NCBI GenBank assembly: GCA_964016885.1
Contig: CAXHJY010001549.1
Coordinates: forward strand, 124,001 to 188,000
Reading direction: 5' to 3'
Length of the DNA: 64,000 nucleotides
Source of the DNA: Eledone cirrhosa
Taxonomy: Eukaryota
In this document: in pieces, positions 25,792-40,913 of the stretch
How the letters are laid out: every line of letters begins with the position of its first letter
Numbering within the stretch: position 1 is the first letter of the stretch
Program-made: the position numbers and the translations under genes
The notes under the pieces: model-generated
Database searches by the model: none
Told to the model about the DNA's origin: nothing
The model's input: the letters and a program-made list of their open reading frames with translations, nothing else

Positions 25792-26120
25792 ATCATCACC
25801 ATTTTATGTCCGCTTTCTCCCTGCTTGCAAGAGTGGGACGGGAACTGATTCTGGCTTGATTTCTACAGCTGGATGCCCTTCCTAACACCAACCTCATTTA
25901 CAGTGAGTGCTGGGTGCTTTTTTTGCCGTGGCACCTCCACGACTACTTTGCAGTGGAATGATAGGGACCCCAGTCCCTATAATCTCATTTCTACAGCTGA
26001 GTAAACTGGAGCAATGTGTAATAAAGTGTCTTGCTCAAGGAAACAACACATCACCCGGTCTGAGAATTGAACTCACAACCTTTCGATTGCAAGGCCAATG
26101 CTCTAACCACTAAGCCATGT
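25792..26120 (-). mobile_element. tRNA-derived SINE with RTE-type 3' tail; copies at 4626-4940 and 31531-31896
   Basis: A-box TGGCTTAGTGG and B-box GAGTTCAATTC, then TCCTTGAGCAAGACAC domain, then tail shared with the RTE 3' UTR (AGGAAGGGCATCCAGCTGTAGAAA ... (GAT)n). Confidence 0.85.
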
Positions 26121-26202
26121 GCATATATATATATATATATATATTCTGCTATGTATTGAGTACCTTACTTACTGTGGTTACCCCTGATTCAACCCAGAAT
26201 AA

Positions 26203-26243
<41 letters not shown>

Positions 26244-27655
26244 GTATACATGTATATATATTGGTAGGTATTCATATATTTTCTAACCTGGCAGGTTAAA
26301 ATGTTTAGTGAACCGAAACGGAAAGAAAGGAGGTGTTGAAATAGGTGGCTCTAGGAAAATAAAGCCACACCTAATCTATTGTATTATGAATGTTGTTTAG
26401 ATGGTATGTAGATATTGAAGTGACTATTGATTTGTATAAATAAGGTGGAAGATAACTCTGAGCAGTGCAGAAATTAATTTGAGGTAACTTGCATTTTAAC
26501 AAAGAATATCTGACTTTAGAGGAGAATATCCAGAGCACAAAGTTATACAGATGTAAAGTAAAATATTATTAGATTTATATATCATCATCATCATCAGTTT
26601 TATGTCCATTTTTCCACGCTAGCATGGATTCAATGAGTTGTCCTATTGTGGGCAATGCCAGGTCAGGTGACCATGACTTGCTCATACAGAACTGATTCTG
26701 GCTTGATTTCTACAGCTGGATGCCCTTCCTAACACCAACCTCATTTACAGTGAGTAATGAGTGCTTTAATCATGGCGCTTGCACAATCACTTTACAGTGA
26801 GGACTGGGTGCTTTTTATTGTGACACCTACGCGACCACTTTATAGTGGGAGGGAAGCGCATACTGTCTATAGGCTTCAGCTTCGGCTTGTACCTCTGGGA
26901 AATCAGGTTTTCTGTATTACTGCATAACGCCAGAGACTAGGTCCTGTGTCATCGCCTTTGAGAGGTGCAATTGGGCAAGATCGGCTTTTATCACCTCATC
27001 CCAAGGCTTCCATAGACCTTGTGCGCTCTGCACCTTTTTATGTAGCTGTCATCTTTCATACGCATCACATGTCGATACCAACATAATCTCCTTTCCTGCT
27101 CACAGCATTTGAGTCCTCTTATGCCTAGTCTCTATATATACATGCAAAAGTAACAGAGTAGTGACATCTGTAGAGGTGCAAGAGTCACATAGAATAGTGA
27201 CATCTGTAGAGGTAGGAGAATAACATAGAGTAGTGACATCTGTTGAGGTAGAAGAGTAACATAGTGACATCTGTAGAGATTCTTGTACAGTAAGTTATGA
27301 CAAATATGCTGGTAATATAGAATAGGAAGAGTAGTGGAGGAAAGGGAGGAGGGGGATAAATGAAGGTCAGACAGTGCAATGGAACAACCAGATGATTAAT
27401 GATGGGTAAAACCAACAGGTCAGCAGCTTTGCTAGAAAATTCTATTAGCTGACTGAATTTAATAATCAACACATTGACCTAACCACTAATTACATCAGTA
27501 AACTATACAATGACTAGGTGATGACAACAAACAACAAAATATATGAGACAAGCCCAATCAGGAACATAAAGAGCAAAGAATATATTAACTACCTGTATAT
27601 ATAATAGACACAGGGCCAGCAATTTGGGGAGAGGGGAAAGTCGATTAAATTGACT

Positions 27656-27790
27656 CCAGTGCATTACTGGTGTTTTATTTCATTGAGCCCAGTGCATTAC
27701 TGGTGTTTTATTTCATTGAGCCCAGTGCATTACTGGTGTTTTATTTCATTGAGCCCAGTGCATTACTGGTGTTTTATTTCATTGAGCCCA
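27656..27790. repeat. 33-bp tandem repeat (4 copies) amplified inside a SINE
   Basis: Unit CCAGTGCATTACTGGTGTTTTATTTCATTGAGC. Confidence 0.9.
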
Positions 27791-29879
27791 TAAGGATGAA
27801 AAGCAAAGCTAACCTCGGCAGGATTTGAACTCAGAATGTAAAGGGCCATGCATAGTGTCCGATACTCTACCGATATTGCCAATTTGCCACCCTAACTAGC
27901 TGTGTATATATAATAACATCAGAAGACAATGAGTGTTTTGTTCAAACTTTATAGATACATGAGGACTAATGATGAAAGAAAAAGTACATACACATCACAT
28001 ACCAATATCACAAAGATGTTTTGTTATATGAGATACTCATGTAATGTGGCTAATATCGAGTTTCCCCTATTATATGACCTACTCAAAAAATAGGCTCTAA
28101 CATGATTTTTATTTTGCTGTCCAATATAAGCCCTATCTCGAAAATAAATCCTAGCGCATTTTTACGAGAAAAATTAACATAAAAAATCTTTCAATGATAT
28201 TGTTTTTAACTCTATAATATATATCTTTTATTTCTGACATCAGCATAATGATACTTTTATCAAAACTCTTGTGCTGTTATTTTTTGTGTAAAAATATAAG
28301 CCCTACCCCAAAATTAAGCCCTAGTGTCTTTCTTTTAGATAAAAGTAATATAAGACCAGTCTTATATAAAATGTCCTTATTTACGACTCTAAGTATCTAT
28401 TACTTTGAAAACTGGACCTCATTTATATAATATAGATACTTTCAAAATGGACCTTATAATCATATAATATAAATACTTTCAAAACCCAATATAAATTGAC
28501 AAGTAAAGAACACTTAAGTAAAGTAAAATATAAAGTCTGGAAGTTAAAACAATGAAAATATTAATAGAAACGATATAGTATTTGAAAGTCTCCTTCATCA
28601 TCATGTTTAAGTAGCCAAATTGAATAACTCACACCATCCAAAGTAGGATTAAATTCCTCCATATAAACATTATTTCATATATAAACAGTGTAAAATTCAT
28701 TTTGGAAAATCAATCAGCAGTCCCTTCTTGATAAAGTAAATCAATATTGCAAAGGTATCTTTGGAAAGATACTTCTGAATTAATAAAGATAGGGCCGGGC
28801 AGTTTAACCGTTTAGCATTTACACCGCAAGGTGGTCGTGGAGGTGCCACGGCAAAAAAGCACCCAGCCCACACTGTAAAGTGGACGTGTAGGCGCCACGA
28901 AAAAGCACCCAGCACTCACTGTAAATGAGGTTGGTGTTAGGAAGGGCATCCAGCTGTAGAAATCAAGCCAGATCAGTTCCTGTATGAGCAAGGCATGGTC
29001 AGCCGACCAGACACTGCCCACAACAGGACAACCCGTCTAACCCATGCTAGCGTGGAAGAACGGACGTAAAACGGTGATGATGACGGTGATGATGATTACT
29101 CTATATTTACTATCATATTTCCATGGTAAAGGCTTTACCTCACATAATACTGAATCTATGAGATTTTGATAGCATTTATTTTGAAAACAATACCTTAACA
29201 TCAGTATGAGTGACTGGTTATAGCCAGAGAGAATTTTGGTTGGTTTAAATGCTAAAGTGTTAATAGCAATAAGCAACTTTAAAACTAAGCGACCACATAT
29301 ACATTTTTTAAGCTTCATCTCAATCTTTGCTCTAACCCTTTTAAATTGGCCATATCCAGCCAGAATTTCCTCACCTCTTTCTGTTCAAACCGGCCACAAC
29401 CGGCTGCTCATACTTATATTAAGGTATTTTTCCAAAAATAAATAATACCAATATCTCGTAGATTCGATATTATGTGAGATAATACAATAGTAAATATAAT
29501 ACTAATCTGTTTGATACTAAACCACCTGAAACTGGTTTCATACTAAATTACCTGCTTCTATAATACTAACTTTCTTATTTTAAAGTTTTTAAATTTGTGC
29601 AGAAAAAACTTCCAGCATAATTTTAAGTAAGAACCTTTGTTAACTTAAGTTTCAAACACCACCATTTACTGTTCTCCTATTTTGAACAGATATAATAAAG
29701 ATAATTATTAGACTTTATAGACCATTTAGAAGAAGCTGCAGTGATAAATCACACAAGAGGTCTCTAGTCTGTACAGAACTGTGAAAGTACTGACAAGACT
29801 GACTTTAGTACAGTGTCAAATCACACAAAAGGGTCTGTAGTCTGTACAGAACTTTGAAAACATAGACAGGAGCAAGAAG

Positions 29880-31195
29880 TGGCTTGTGTGTGTGTGCCAA
29901 CTAAAAGTAAAGATAATCAAGCGTTAGTAACAAGCAAAGAATAATCAGCCAGGTGGGTAGAACATTTCCAGGAAGTACTCAATCAACTGGACCAAACCAC
30001 CCATTTCAACTTCAATCAAGAGAAGCCTTTGGTAGATCACAGGTGAGAGATGGGGACATCTTAATGGAAGAAGTCATCAAAGACCTCAGGTGAGAGATGA
30101 TAACATCTCAAAAGAAGTCATCAAGGTCATTTGTTACTTGAGGAACACCAAGATAGCAGGGCTAGACAAGATAATAACAGAATTGCTTCGTCATAGAGAT
30201 GTCACCATAGAAGAGTTGAGACATCTTTACAACTTAATATGGCACAAAGAGCTAGTTGTCAAAGCCTTGGGTGATAGAATGATAGCAACATTACCCAAGA
30301 AAGGTGCTTTAAGTGACTGCAACAAATAGCATGGAATAAGCTTGCTCTCAGTCCCTGGAAAGGTTTATTCACTCGAAGAAAGCAGTTGATGAGAGAAGTA
30401 GGCCAGATTGAAGAATGGAAGGTGGTGCAGTGAATACATCCTGATGTCACACAATATCATGGAGCTGAGTCTTTAGTTCCAACTATTACTTCAGATGGAG
30501 ACAGAGAAGACAAAATGACTTTGACTTTGCTGACAAGCTGAGCTTTCTTAGTGACTTAGTAACAGCAACTCAAAGCTTGGTCTTCAGATCAGCATTGAAA
30601 AACACTGAAGTGATATTGGAGGAGGGACAAAAGCAACCAGTTCAGCTGGAAGGCCAGACTTTGGAGACTATTGGCACTTTCATATACTTGGGTAGTGTTC
30701 TCACTCAAGATGGTAATTCAAGAACTGATGTGGAAATGAGATTCAGCAAAGCAGCAGCTGTCTTTCAGCATCTGAAGCCTGAATGGTCCAACTCCTCCAT
30801 TAACCAAGGCAAAAATCTCCACCTGTATAAGCTAGTAATGTGCCAATGGTTATTTATGCTTATAAGACATGAAAACAAAACCCCTGTACAATCTACAGAA
30901 CTACAGATGTTTTCTATAGACATTGTTTTAAAAACCATACTTAAGATTTTTTGGTGTGACCTCGAATGGAAAGGTCATGGAAAGGGCCTGGATAATCTCA
31001 GGGATACTATCACCATACGATAGCGGAAGATGCTTGACCATGCCCACAAAGAGACCAAAAGAAAGCCAAAAAGAGGGCATAGGAAGCAAGATAAACCTAT
31101 CAAGACCTGGCGGACATGGGCCTGGTCAGGGAGAATGCCCATGAGAGTGCTTGTGACCATGCAGAATGGAGATCCCTTGTTCAATACTTCAGAGA
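29880..31195 (+). mobile_element. Old decayed RTE/BovB-like LINE ORF2 fragment
   Basis: Broken-frame remnants RWVEHFQEVLN, AGLDKIITELL, LPKKGALSDCN, ISLLSVPGK, DFADK and FIYLGSVL..DG. Confidence 0.8.
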
Positions 31196-32292
31196 GCAAA
31201 AAGAAATATATATATATGTGTGTCTACATACATATATACATGATGGTTTGCCACAACAATGATACCAAATTTCGCAAGCCACCCCTGGTTCAAATATATT
31301 CTCTGTTTGTGTTTGCTGTAATTCCTTTTACTTTTATTGATTAACTAATTCTGCAATCCGCACATGATGAATATGCTAAGGTCTTGTGTCAGGATCAATG
31401 TAACTTGGCCATTGAAATTTGTATAGTGTTTTTCGCAACATGAAAACCTTAAAAGAATATTTAAAGTCAAGCCCTCTGTTGTTTTAAATAAATAAATATA
31501 TATATAAATATATATATGTGTAAATATATATCATCATCATCATTTTACATCTGCTTGGAAGGATGGGATGGGAACTGATTCTGGCTTGATTTCTACAGCT
31601 GGAAGCCCTTCCTAACACCAACCTCATTTACAGTGAGTGCTGGGTGCTTTTTTTCCGTGGTACCTACACATCCACTTTACAGCGTGGGCTGGGTGCTTTT
31701 TTGCCGTGGCACCTCCACGACCACTTTGCAGTGGAATGATAGAGACCCCAGTCCCTATCATCTCATTTCTACAGCTGAGTAAACTGGAGCAATGTGAAAT
31801 AAAGTGTCTTGCTCAATGAAACAACACATCACCCGGTCTGAGAATTGAACTCACAACCTTTCGATTGCAAGGCCAATGCTCTAACCACTAAGCCACATGT
31901 CTCTGCCATCACGCAGTAATACAGAAGATCCGACTTCCCACGGGACCACGCCGACGCTGAAGCATACAGTCAATATGCCCCCATCCCCTCCCACTGCAAA
32001 AAAGCACCCAGCACTCACTGTAAATGAGGTTGGTGTTAGGAAGGGCTTCCAGTTGTAGAAATCAAACCAAACCAGTTCTCGTATGAGGAAGACAAGGTCA
32101 CTCAACCTAGTACTGCTCCAACAGGACAACCCGTCTAACCTATGTTAGCATGGAAGAATGGACGTAAAATGGTGATGATGACTATATATATATATACATA
32201 TATTTATATACATACATACATATACATATATAAATATATATATATACATATAAATATATATATATATATAAATATATACATATAAATATATA

Positions 32293-33564
32293 TCATCATC
32301 ATCACCGTTTTACGTCCGTTCTTCCACGCTAGCATGGGTTAGACGGGTTGTCCTGTTGTGTGCAGTGTCTGGTCGGCTGACCATGCCTTGCTCATACAGG
32401 AACTGATCTGGCTTGATTTCTACAGCTGGATGCCCTTCCTAACACCAACCTCATTTACAGTGAGTGCTGGGTGCTTTTTCGTGGCGCCTACACGTCCACT
32501 TTACAGTGTGGGCTGGGTGCTTTTTTGCCGTGGCACCTCCACGACCACCTTGCGGTGGGGGGTGTGGGGGCATATTGTTTATATGCTTCAGCATGTACCC
32601 ATGGGAGGTCGGGTACTCTGTATTACTGCGTGACGCCAGAAGTCACGGTCGTGTGTCATTGTCTTTGAGAGGTGTAGTTGGGTAAGGTCGGCTTTTATCA
32701 CCTCATCTTGGGTCTCCCCACTCCGCGGTTTCCATCAACTTCTAGTGCTCTGCACCTTTTTATGCAGCTGTCATCCTTCATACGCATCACATGTCCATAC
32801 CAGCGCAACCGCCTCTCCTGCACACAGCATTTGATTCCTCTTATGCTCAGTCTCTCTCTCAATTCATTTATGCTTTGTCGTTCACGTATATTACTGTTAC
32901 ACATCCATCGGAGCATGCAGGCTTCGTTTCTCTCTAATCTACGTAACTCTTCCACCTTCAGCGCCCAGGTCTCACTACCATGCAACATCGCTGTTCGGAT
33001 ACACGCATCATACAGTCTGCCTTTCATTCTGAGGGAGAAGCCTTTTGCAGCTAGCAGTGGTAGTAGTTCCCTGAATTTCTTCCATTCCGTTCTTACCCTA
33101 GTTATTGTACTTTCTGAACACCCACCTCCGTTGCTAATTCGGTCACCTAGGTAGCAGAAGCTGTCTACTGTTTCTACAGGGCCCTCCCAGAGATTGGTGG
33201 TACTTGTTTCCTGTGGCTGTTTGCTGCTTGCTGTTTCAGCACAGCTGCTGCATGTGAATCCTACATTCTTAATTAAGCTTCCTGAGATCCCACTACATCT
33301 CTTGTGTACCCATTGTTTGCATTTGGGGCAGAGAATGGAGTTCCTACCTACACCTTTCCTACATACTGAGCAGGGCCATTTCCCTGAGGGGATCTGGGTT
33401 CTGTTTTCTCGTCTACTTACAAGGACCTTAGTCTTTGTCATGTTGACTTTGAGACCCTTTCTTTCTAGTCCCTGCTTCCAGGTTTGGAATTTATTCTCTA
33501 GTTCTACCATAGATTCAGCTATGAGTGCGAGGCCATCAGCATACAGGAGTTCCCATGGGCATCC
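32293..33564 (-). mobile_element. RTE LINE, 5'-truncated, related subfamily; inactivated (YADG, 3' deletion)
   Basis: [11 protein letters not shown]...KWPCSVC...[11 protein letters not shown]; (CAT)n tail at 32293. Confidence 0.92.
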
Positions 33565-34765
33565 GTATATGTATATATAAATATATATCCGTATATGTAT
33601 ATATATATATAAATATATATCCGTATATGTATATATATATATATAAATATATATATACATATAAATATATATATACATATAAATATATATATATACATAT
33701 AAATATATAGATACATATAAATAAATATATATATACATATAAATATATATATATACATATAAATATATATATATACATATAAATATATATATATACATAT
33801 AAATATATATATACATATAAATATATATATACACTTATACACATAAATATATATACATATATATATACACATAAATATATATATATATACATAAATATAT
33901 ATATATATACATATAAATATATATATATACATATATACACATAAATATATATATATACACATAAATATATATATATACACATAAATATATATATATATAT
34001 ATATACATATAAATATATATATATATATATATACATATAAATATGTATATATATATATACATATAAATATATATATATATACATATAAATATATATATAT
34101 ATATATATACATATAAATATATATATATATATACATATAAATATATATATATATACATATAAATATATATATATATATACATATAAATATATAAATATAT
34201 ATATATACATATAAATATATATATATACATATAAATATATATATATACATATAAATATATATATATACATATAAATATATATATATACATATAAATATAT
34301 ATATATACATATAAATATATATATATACATATAAATATATATATATACATATAAATATATATATATATATATATACATCATCATCATCATCAACGTTTAA
34401 CGTCCGTGTTCCACGCTTGCATGGGTTTGGACGGGGGTATTCCCACTTGAGGCAAGAGTGATTGTCTTGCTCGCATAGGACTGTCTGGCAGGTTTTCTAC
34501 AGTTGGATGCCCTTCCTAACACCAACCACATTTACAGTGTGGGACTGGGAGGTTTTTACCGTGTTGCCTACACGGCCACATTACAGCGTGGACTGTGTGT
34601 TTTTTTGTCGTGACACCTACATGATCTCATTTGTTTCGGCCTGGATGTTGTGGCACCAACATAACTTTACATAGGAGGGGGTGGTGTGGATGGGGGTGTG
34701 GGTGGTGGGACGGGGGTGTATTTTGTTAGAGATGCCTATTGGCTGTAGTAGGTTTTACTATATAA

Positions 34766-34811
<46 letters not shown>

Positions 34812-34826
34812 ATATATATATATATA

Positions 34827-34872
<46 letters not shown>

Positions 34873-34954
34873 ATATATATATATACATATAAATATAAAT
34901 ATATATATATACATATAAATATATATAAATATACATATATATATACACATATAA

Positions 34955-35000
<46 letters not shown>

Positions 35001-35220
35001 ATATATATATATATACATATAAATATAAATATATATATATACATATAAATATATATAAATATACATATATATATACACATATAAATATATATATATATAT
35101 ATAAATATATATATATATACATATATATATACACATATATAAATAAATATATATACACACATATATATATAAATATATATATATATACATATATAAATAT
35201 AAATATATATATATATACAT

Positions 35221-35277
<57 letters not shown>

Positions 35278-35725
35278 CATATATATATACATATATATAT
35301 ACACATATATATATAAATATATATATATATACATATATATATACACATATATATATATAAATATATATATACATATACACATATATATAAATATATATAT
35401 ATATACATACATATATACACATATAATATATATATACATATACACATATATATAAATATATATATATATACATACATATATACACATATAATATATATAT
35501 ACATATATACACATATTATATATATATACATATATACACATAAATATATATATATATATACATATAATATATATATACATATATACACATAAATATATAT
35601 ATATATATACATATAATATATATATACATATATACACATAAATATATATATATATATATATACATAAATATATATATTCATATATATAAATATACATATA
35701 TACATATAAATATACATATATATAT
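33565..35725. repeat. Two very long compound (TA)n/TACA/TAAA microsatellites separated by an RTE tail
   Basis: ~0.8 kb and ~1 kb of TA-based sequence; source of the spurious YI-repeat ORFs. Confidence 0.95.
34377..34758 (-). mobile_element. RTE LINE 3' UTR fragment
   Basis: Collinear with 8827-9200; (CAT)n tail. Confidence 0.85.
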
Positions 35726-35818
35726 AGGGAAGAGTCAGGAATGTATATATATACATACATATAGTCCAGAAATAGCCGTCGAAACGGCTTGAGCTCTGCA
35801 GTGGGGGTCATACTTTCT

Positions 35819-35868
<50 letters not shown>

Positions 35869-36509
35869 TTGAACAATTAACTCATCTTCAAAACTGACAA
35901 AGAACCATTTACTTTTAATTATAAATACTCGTCAGTGTGATTTTAATGAGTATTCATTCAGGAATTTGATTAACTACCAACACACTGAATCAACGTGTAA
36001 GTGGTTGAGTATTCCATAGACATATGGATCGATGTAATTCTCAGGACATAACTAGTTAATACCCCCTCCCCCAGAAGTGAAAATTTAATACCATTATTTG
36101 GAAGTGGAGAGAATATAATACTCTCATTATCTCGATAAAATAAAGTACCAGTAATGTATTGGTTAATTGCTGGCCTTGTGCCAAAAGTAGAAACAATTAT
36201 CTATATGTGTGTGTTTCGCTTTAGGTATACAAAATGGAAAGCAATAAGATGAAATACATGCTTTTTCTTCGTAAATCTTCACCTTTTGATTTTTTTAAAT
36301 CAATAAACTGAAAGATTCATTGGTGAATATTTTCGATTCTGATCTGCTCCCTTCTCCCAACAGACTGCAGTCCATTGCTGTCAGCCAGTATAAATTAGCA
36401 CAAAAAGATGAGATAGTCAAATGAATCCAAGAAAAGAAAGAATCTTGCTAAGGTACCAAATTAAGACACATTTTATGCAGCTGCATTTTATTTTATATAC
36501 CTAAAGCGA

Positions 36510-36587
<78 letters not shown>

Positions 36588-36590
36588 ATA

Positions 36591-36824
36591 CAGGGTGTGT
36601 AAAAAAAGAATCGTCTTATTTCAAAAAGCTATATTATTTAAACAAATGATTATCGTGTAGATGTATACAGTATGTCTAGAGGAAGGCATATTGAGCATTT
36701 GTAAACATTGTAAATAAAACTTTATATACCGATATGTATTGTACAAGTTACCGCATGATTGTATGGTCGTTTGCTTTAAAAATATAACCTTTTGAAATCG
36801 GATGATTCTTTTAGATACACCCTG
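36591..36824. mobile_element. mariner-type MITE
   Basis: TA-CAGGGTGTGT...ATACACCCTG with ~50-bp imperfect TIRs. Confidence 0.75.
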
Positions 36825-39235
36825 TGTAATACACATGTACACATCCACATATATAATAGGATAAATCAATGTTTTAAACCAGCTTTAATTTACTGTAAGA
36901 GGTTCGTTATCATTTATGCGTTAAAAGTTTTGAAATCAATATGATCATTGAACACTCAACATTTCCATAGAAATAATAACATTTTAGAAGAAGCAGTTAG
37001 GTGACAAGTTTAAAATGAGTATATATAAGGGCCTTATATTCTCAATAACATACAACATAGTTTCCGTAGCTGAAGTATTATTATATACCTACATATAACG
37101 GATGTACATTTTACAATAAACTCAAGGTCAAGAGTAATGAATAACGAAATAAAAATATTAAATTCCCTACATAAAAAATTACTTTCCATATGTAGTTTGA
37201 ATGTTTTAAGATAGGATGTTTACAAAAGTAACAAAACTTTAAATTTTCCATTTCGATTTCTGTGTGTTGTGTGTGGTGCTCACACCCGCCCTCCTCCTTT
37301 TGAGGCAACGAAAAACAAAATCTCTCAAATTAATTCAATATTTAAGCAATAATAAGATAATTAGTGATTGCGCCACAATGCAAAAGGTAAAGTAATTTCC
37401 AGGCGTGGTAGAGGTATGGCTTTTAAAATTGCAGTTAAACTACACAAACCCTTCAATTACATATTGTGCTTTTACATGTAAATAATGGTTTCTGATTTAG
37501 GCACAAGGCCAACAACTTTTTTTTTGGGGGGGGGGGGGGGGGTAATTAAATCGACCCCAGTGCATTACTGGTACTTTATTCTATCGACCCCGTAAGGATG
37601 AAAGGCGGGATTTAAGGCAAAGTTCTATAATTGATATATCTTCAAAAAACAACAAAAGATGTAAAGAAATATCAATGTTAAATTAGTTCTACTCTTTGAT
37701 AGCCTCACAACAAACAACGCAAACATATTTACTATTTTACACAAGTAAAGGATATTCGTTCTTTTATATCAGCGACTGAAGTATATGGCTAAGTAATAAT
37801 ATATTTCCCATTGTTGTATTTTAGTAGCAGTCTGTGTTTGTCAATTCGTTAATTATTAAACACAGTCTGCGTTAATTACTTATATAGCTTTGTTTTTTTT
37901 TATGTAACTAACAAAATAGTAGTAACCACTACAATCTAAATATACATTAACATAATATCTGATAGGGAAAGAGTTAATTAATTAATAGAAAATATGATGA
38001 TTTCTTACATCTGGAGTTAACAACGAAGTTTTTAACTAAACTTCACATTTTAAATGTAATTTCTATAATGATCATTCATTTTTTAATTTAATTTGTAAAC
38101 AAAACAAGTTAGATTGGCGAAGAAATTGTTGTTAGCAAATGATGTATAATTACAAAGAAGTTATTTTAATTGTTCGATCTTCTGTTGAAATGTCACCATA
38201 AGTGGTTGTGGTTTTGGGGGTGGGGTAGATTAATTAATTTATGTTATATTTAATTCCAGATGAAATGTGAGACAAACATTTTCAATCTCCTATCATAATT
38301 CCATTTACATTATAGGAGGAATATTAAATCGATCCAATAATTTATCTGGTATGCCCATCTGGGAGGCATCGATACCAAGTGATGCTCGATACTCAGAAGA
38401 GGATCATCTCTATCCTTACCGGGTACCAAATGACCATACTTAAGATATGTACTTTATGTTATCGACCAGGTTTTAATCAGTTCCACACGAAGACATCAAT
38501 TACATAGATTTACGACATAAAAACTTGACATAGAGGTGTCTACTTTCAAGAAATTAATTAGGTAAAACAACAAATACTGAGTGAATGTTCCGAGACTTAA
38601 GGAAAATGTTATAGAGTTAGTCTAACATCCTGTTTGTCGTTGGGAAAATTGAAACACTATATACACATGTGTGTGTATGTTTTCGTAAAATAAAAATACA
38701 CACATATCATATATATATAATGGAAATTTTCATGTTGTTACTTAATTATAAACTTCACGTGAAATGTGTCTTGAACACCTCAATGTTTACATGTAAATGA
38801 CAACATACACACATCCTACTACACACTACACACACCTATAATTGCAGTGTAGATAAGGCAGAAAAGATGCAATGTGTCCCATAAAGACAAACATATGAAC
38901 AAGAACAAGGAGGGCCGATCAAAAGAAAACGATATATATGCAAACTATTATGTAAAAAACGCGGCTGACGATAGAGATCGGATCATCGACCGTAAACATG
39001 GTTATCGATCAAAGTAAAAGATAAACAGTGCCGCCTCCACAGGTGGGAGTTACTTGTCAAAACAACTAACTTAAACTATAAACTAAGAGGCTAGAATCAA
39101 TGGATGTAAAAGTTGAACACACGCACACATACATACATAAATAAATACAGTTAGAAAAACAAAGATAGAGAGGGACAGAGACAGATAGAAGACAAGAGAG
39201 AGAAAGAAGAATTAAAGTAATGTCGATCTACTTAC

Positions 39236-40913
39236 CTAAAATCTGTGTAGCGCTGATAGCCTGGGCTGTGGGAGTGCTGATCCCGGCTGCCGCCGCTGCT
39301 ACTGTCTGTATCTGGTGTGGGCTGAGTTGTTGTTGTCCCTGCGATTGGGAGGAAGTTGTGCCTCCACCCCCTAAACTGGCCGCCATGCTGGAAGTTGTCG
39401 CCGATGTGGTGGTGGCTATCGTTATTGGCCCGCCCATGCCTTGCAGAGGAGACGAGGCCGCTATGATCTGTCCTTGCGGAGTGATAGCTTGAAAGTTAGC
39501 TAAGTTCTGTACGTTTTGTAGGGCGGAGAATCCTTGGAGACCTTGCAGACCTTGAATGTTTTGAACTTGTATAGTCTGTATATTGGTAGGTCGAATGTTT
39601 GCAATGTTGAGCGTAGGAATCCAAGGGTTGCCTTGAATAACCTGGTTCTGGCCTGCTGCTGCAGCAGCAATTTGGATATTGGCTGCGCTTTGTAACATTT
39701 GAGGAGTAATAATATTAGACACCATGCTGCCTTGACTGGCTGCGGAAGTAATAGTTGACGTTCCAGATAAACTGGCTGTATTTTGGGGTATAGCCAGAGA
39801 ATGGACATTTTGGCTGCCTGATGTTACCACTGACTGGTTGCAAGGATTGTGTGATAACGAAATGATAGTGGGAATAGTCTGTAGTGCTGACTGAGGGATG
39901 AAGCCAGGATTTGAAGCAGTCGGCGAGGCAGCTGTACTTGAAATGGACGTGGAGACAGTTTGGGTTGCGGTTCCACCACTTAGTTGTTGTTGAATGTTGT
40001 TGACAGAGGGACAAGCGACATCTGTTGCCGTAGTAACGAGAGGTTGCGGTGAGTTACTTTTGATCTCAGTTTTAACGTTGATTTCATTCGGTGCTGCTAT
40101 TTCGAGCACTTGCTGCGTAAGATTTTGTCCGGAGCTGAGTTGATTCGAGTTATTGCCCGTCACTGATGAATGAAGTGTGGGAAGAGTACCTTGACCCATA
40201 AGGTTAGCAGTTTGAAGTGTTGGAGCGGAGAAAGCTTGAATGGGCAGTTGAATCGCTTGGTAAGTTGTTTGTCCGTTCCCAGTTGATACGGGTATTTGTA
40301 TAATGGGCATTTGTTGGAGTTGAGACAAAGGCAATTGTATTGTCTGCATAAGAGGCTGCCGTATGGCCATATTCTGCATTCCTGCCAGATTGACCATATT
40401 ACCGCCCAAATTGAGCACGTTACCCATGAAACCGACATTGTTGGGGATAATGTTGGCTCCCGAGAGGCCTTGGGTGGTTCGGACGATTTGTCCGGTCGGC
40501 GTTAGGACAGCTTGATTCCCCGCAAGAATCGCTTGACCTCCACTCGCCGTGGAAGCATTTGCAGGTACAAAGATGGCCTCTTGTCCATCCAATGTAAATG
40601 TTTGGAACGGTGGTATGACATTATATGTTATGTTTCCACCTGGTCCGGTGGACGCAATCAGTTGTGGAGTCTGCTGGGCTATGATCGGAGCAGTAGTTAA
40701 TGCCGTAGCTGGTGCGTTTGGCTTGGTAGAGTCCACGACACCAGGTACTTGAACCCAGTTCTGGCCGGCCACGATCTCGCTTTGATTGGTAACCTGATTC
40801 TGACCAATTATTCGGACCTGAGTTGCATTCACTTGGTTAATTCCGTCTTCTTGTGGAGCCCCGATCTTGCTGCAAGTAGCGGCCAACAGAGCCAAAGGGG
40901 ATGGCTGGTTATC
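39236..40913 (-). CDS. Sp1-4: Sp1-4 exon 2: Sp box plus long Q/S/T-rich transactivation region
   Basis: TGTAG acceptor; 1678 nt open frame (track ORF 39228..40895) starting DNQPSPLALLAATCSKIG; G|GTAAGT donor, phase 1. Confidence 0.95.

Noticed and set aside
26040-26120. tRNA genes
   Set aside because: A/B boxes present but no complete cloverleaf; these are multi-copy SINE heads
33519-35811. Long ORFs of YI/IY repeats (also 42723-43199 and similar)
   Set aside because: Translations of (TA)n microsatellites; no coding signal
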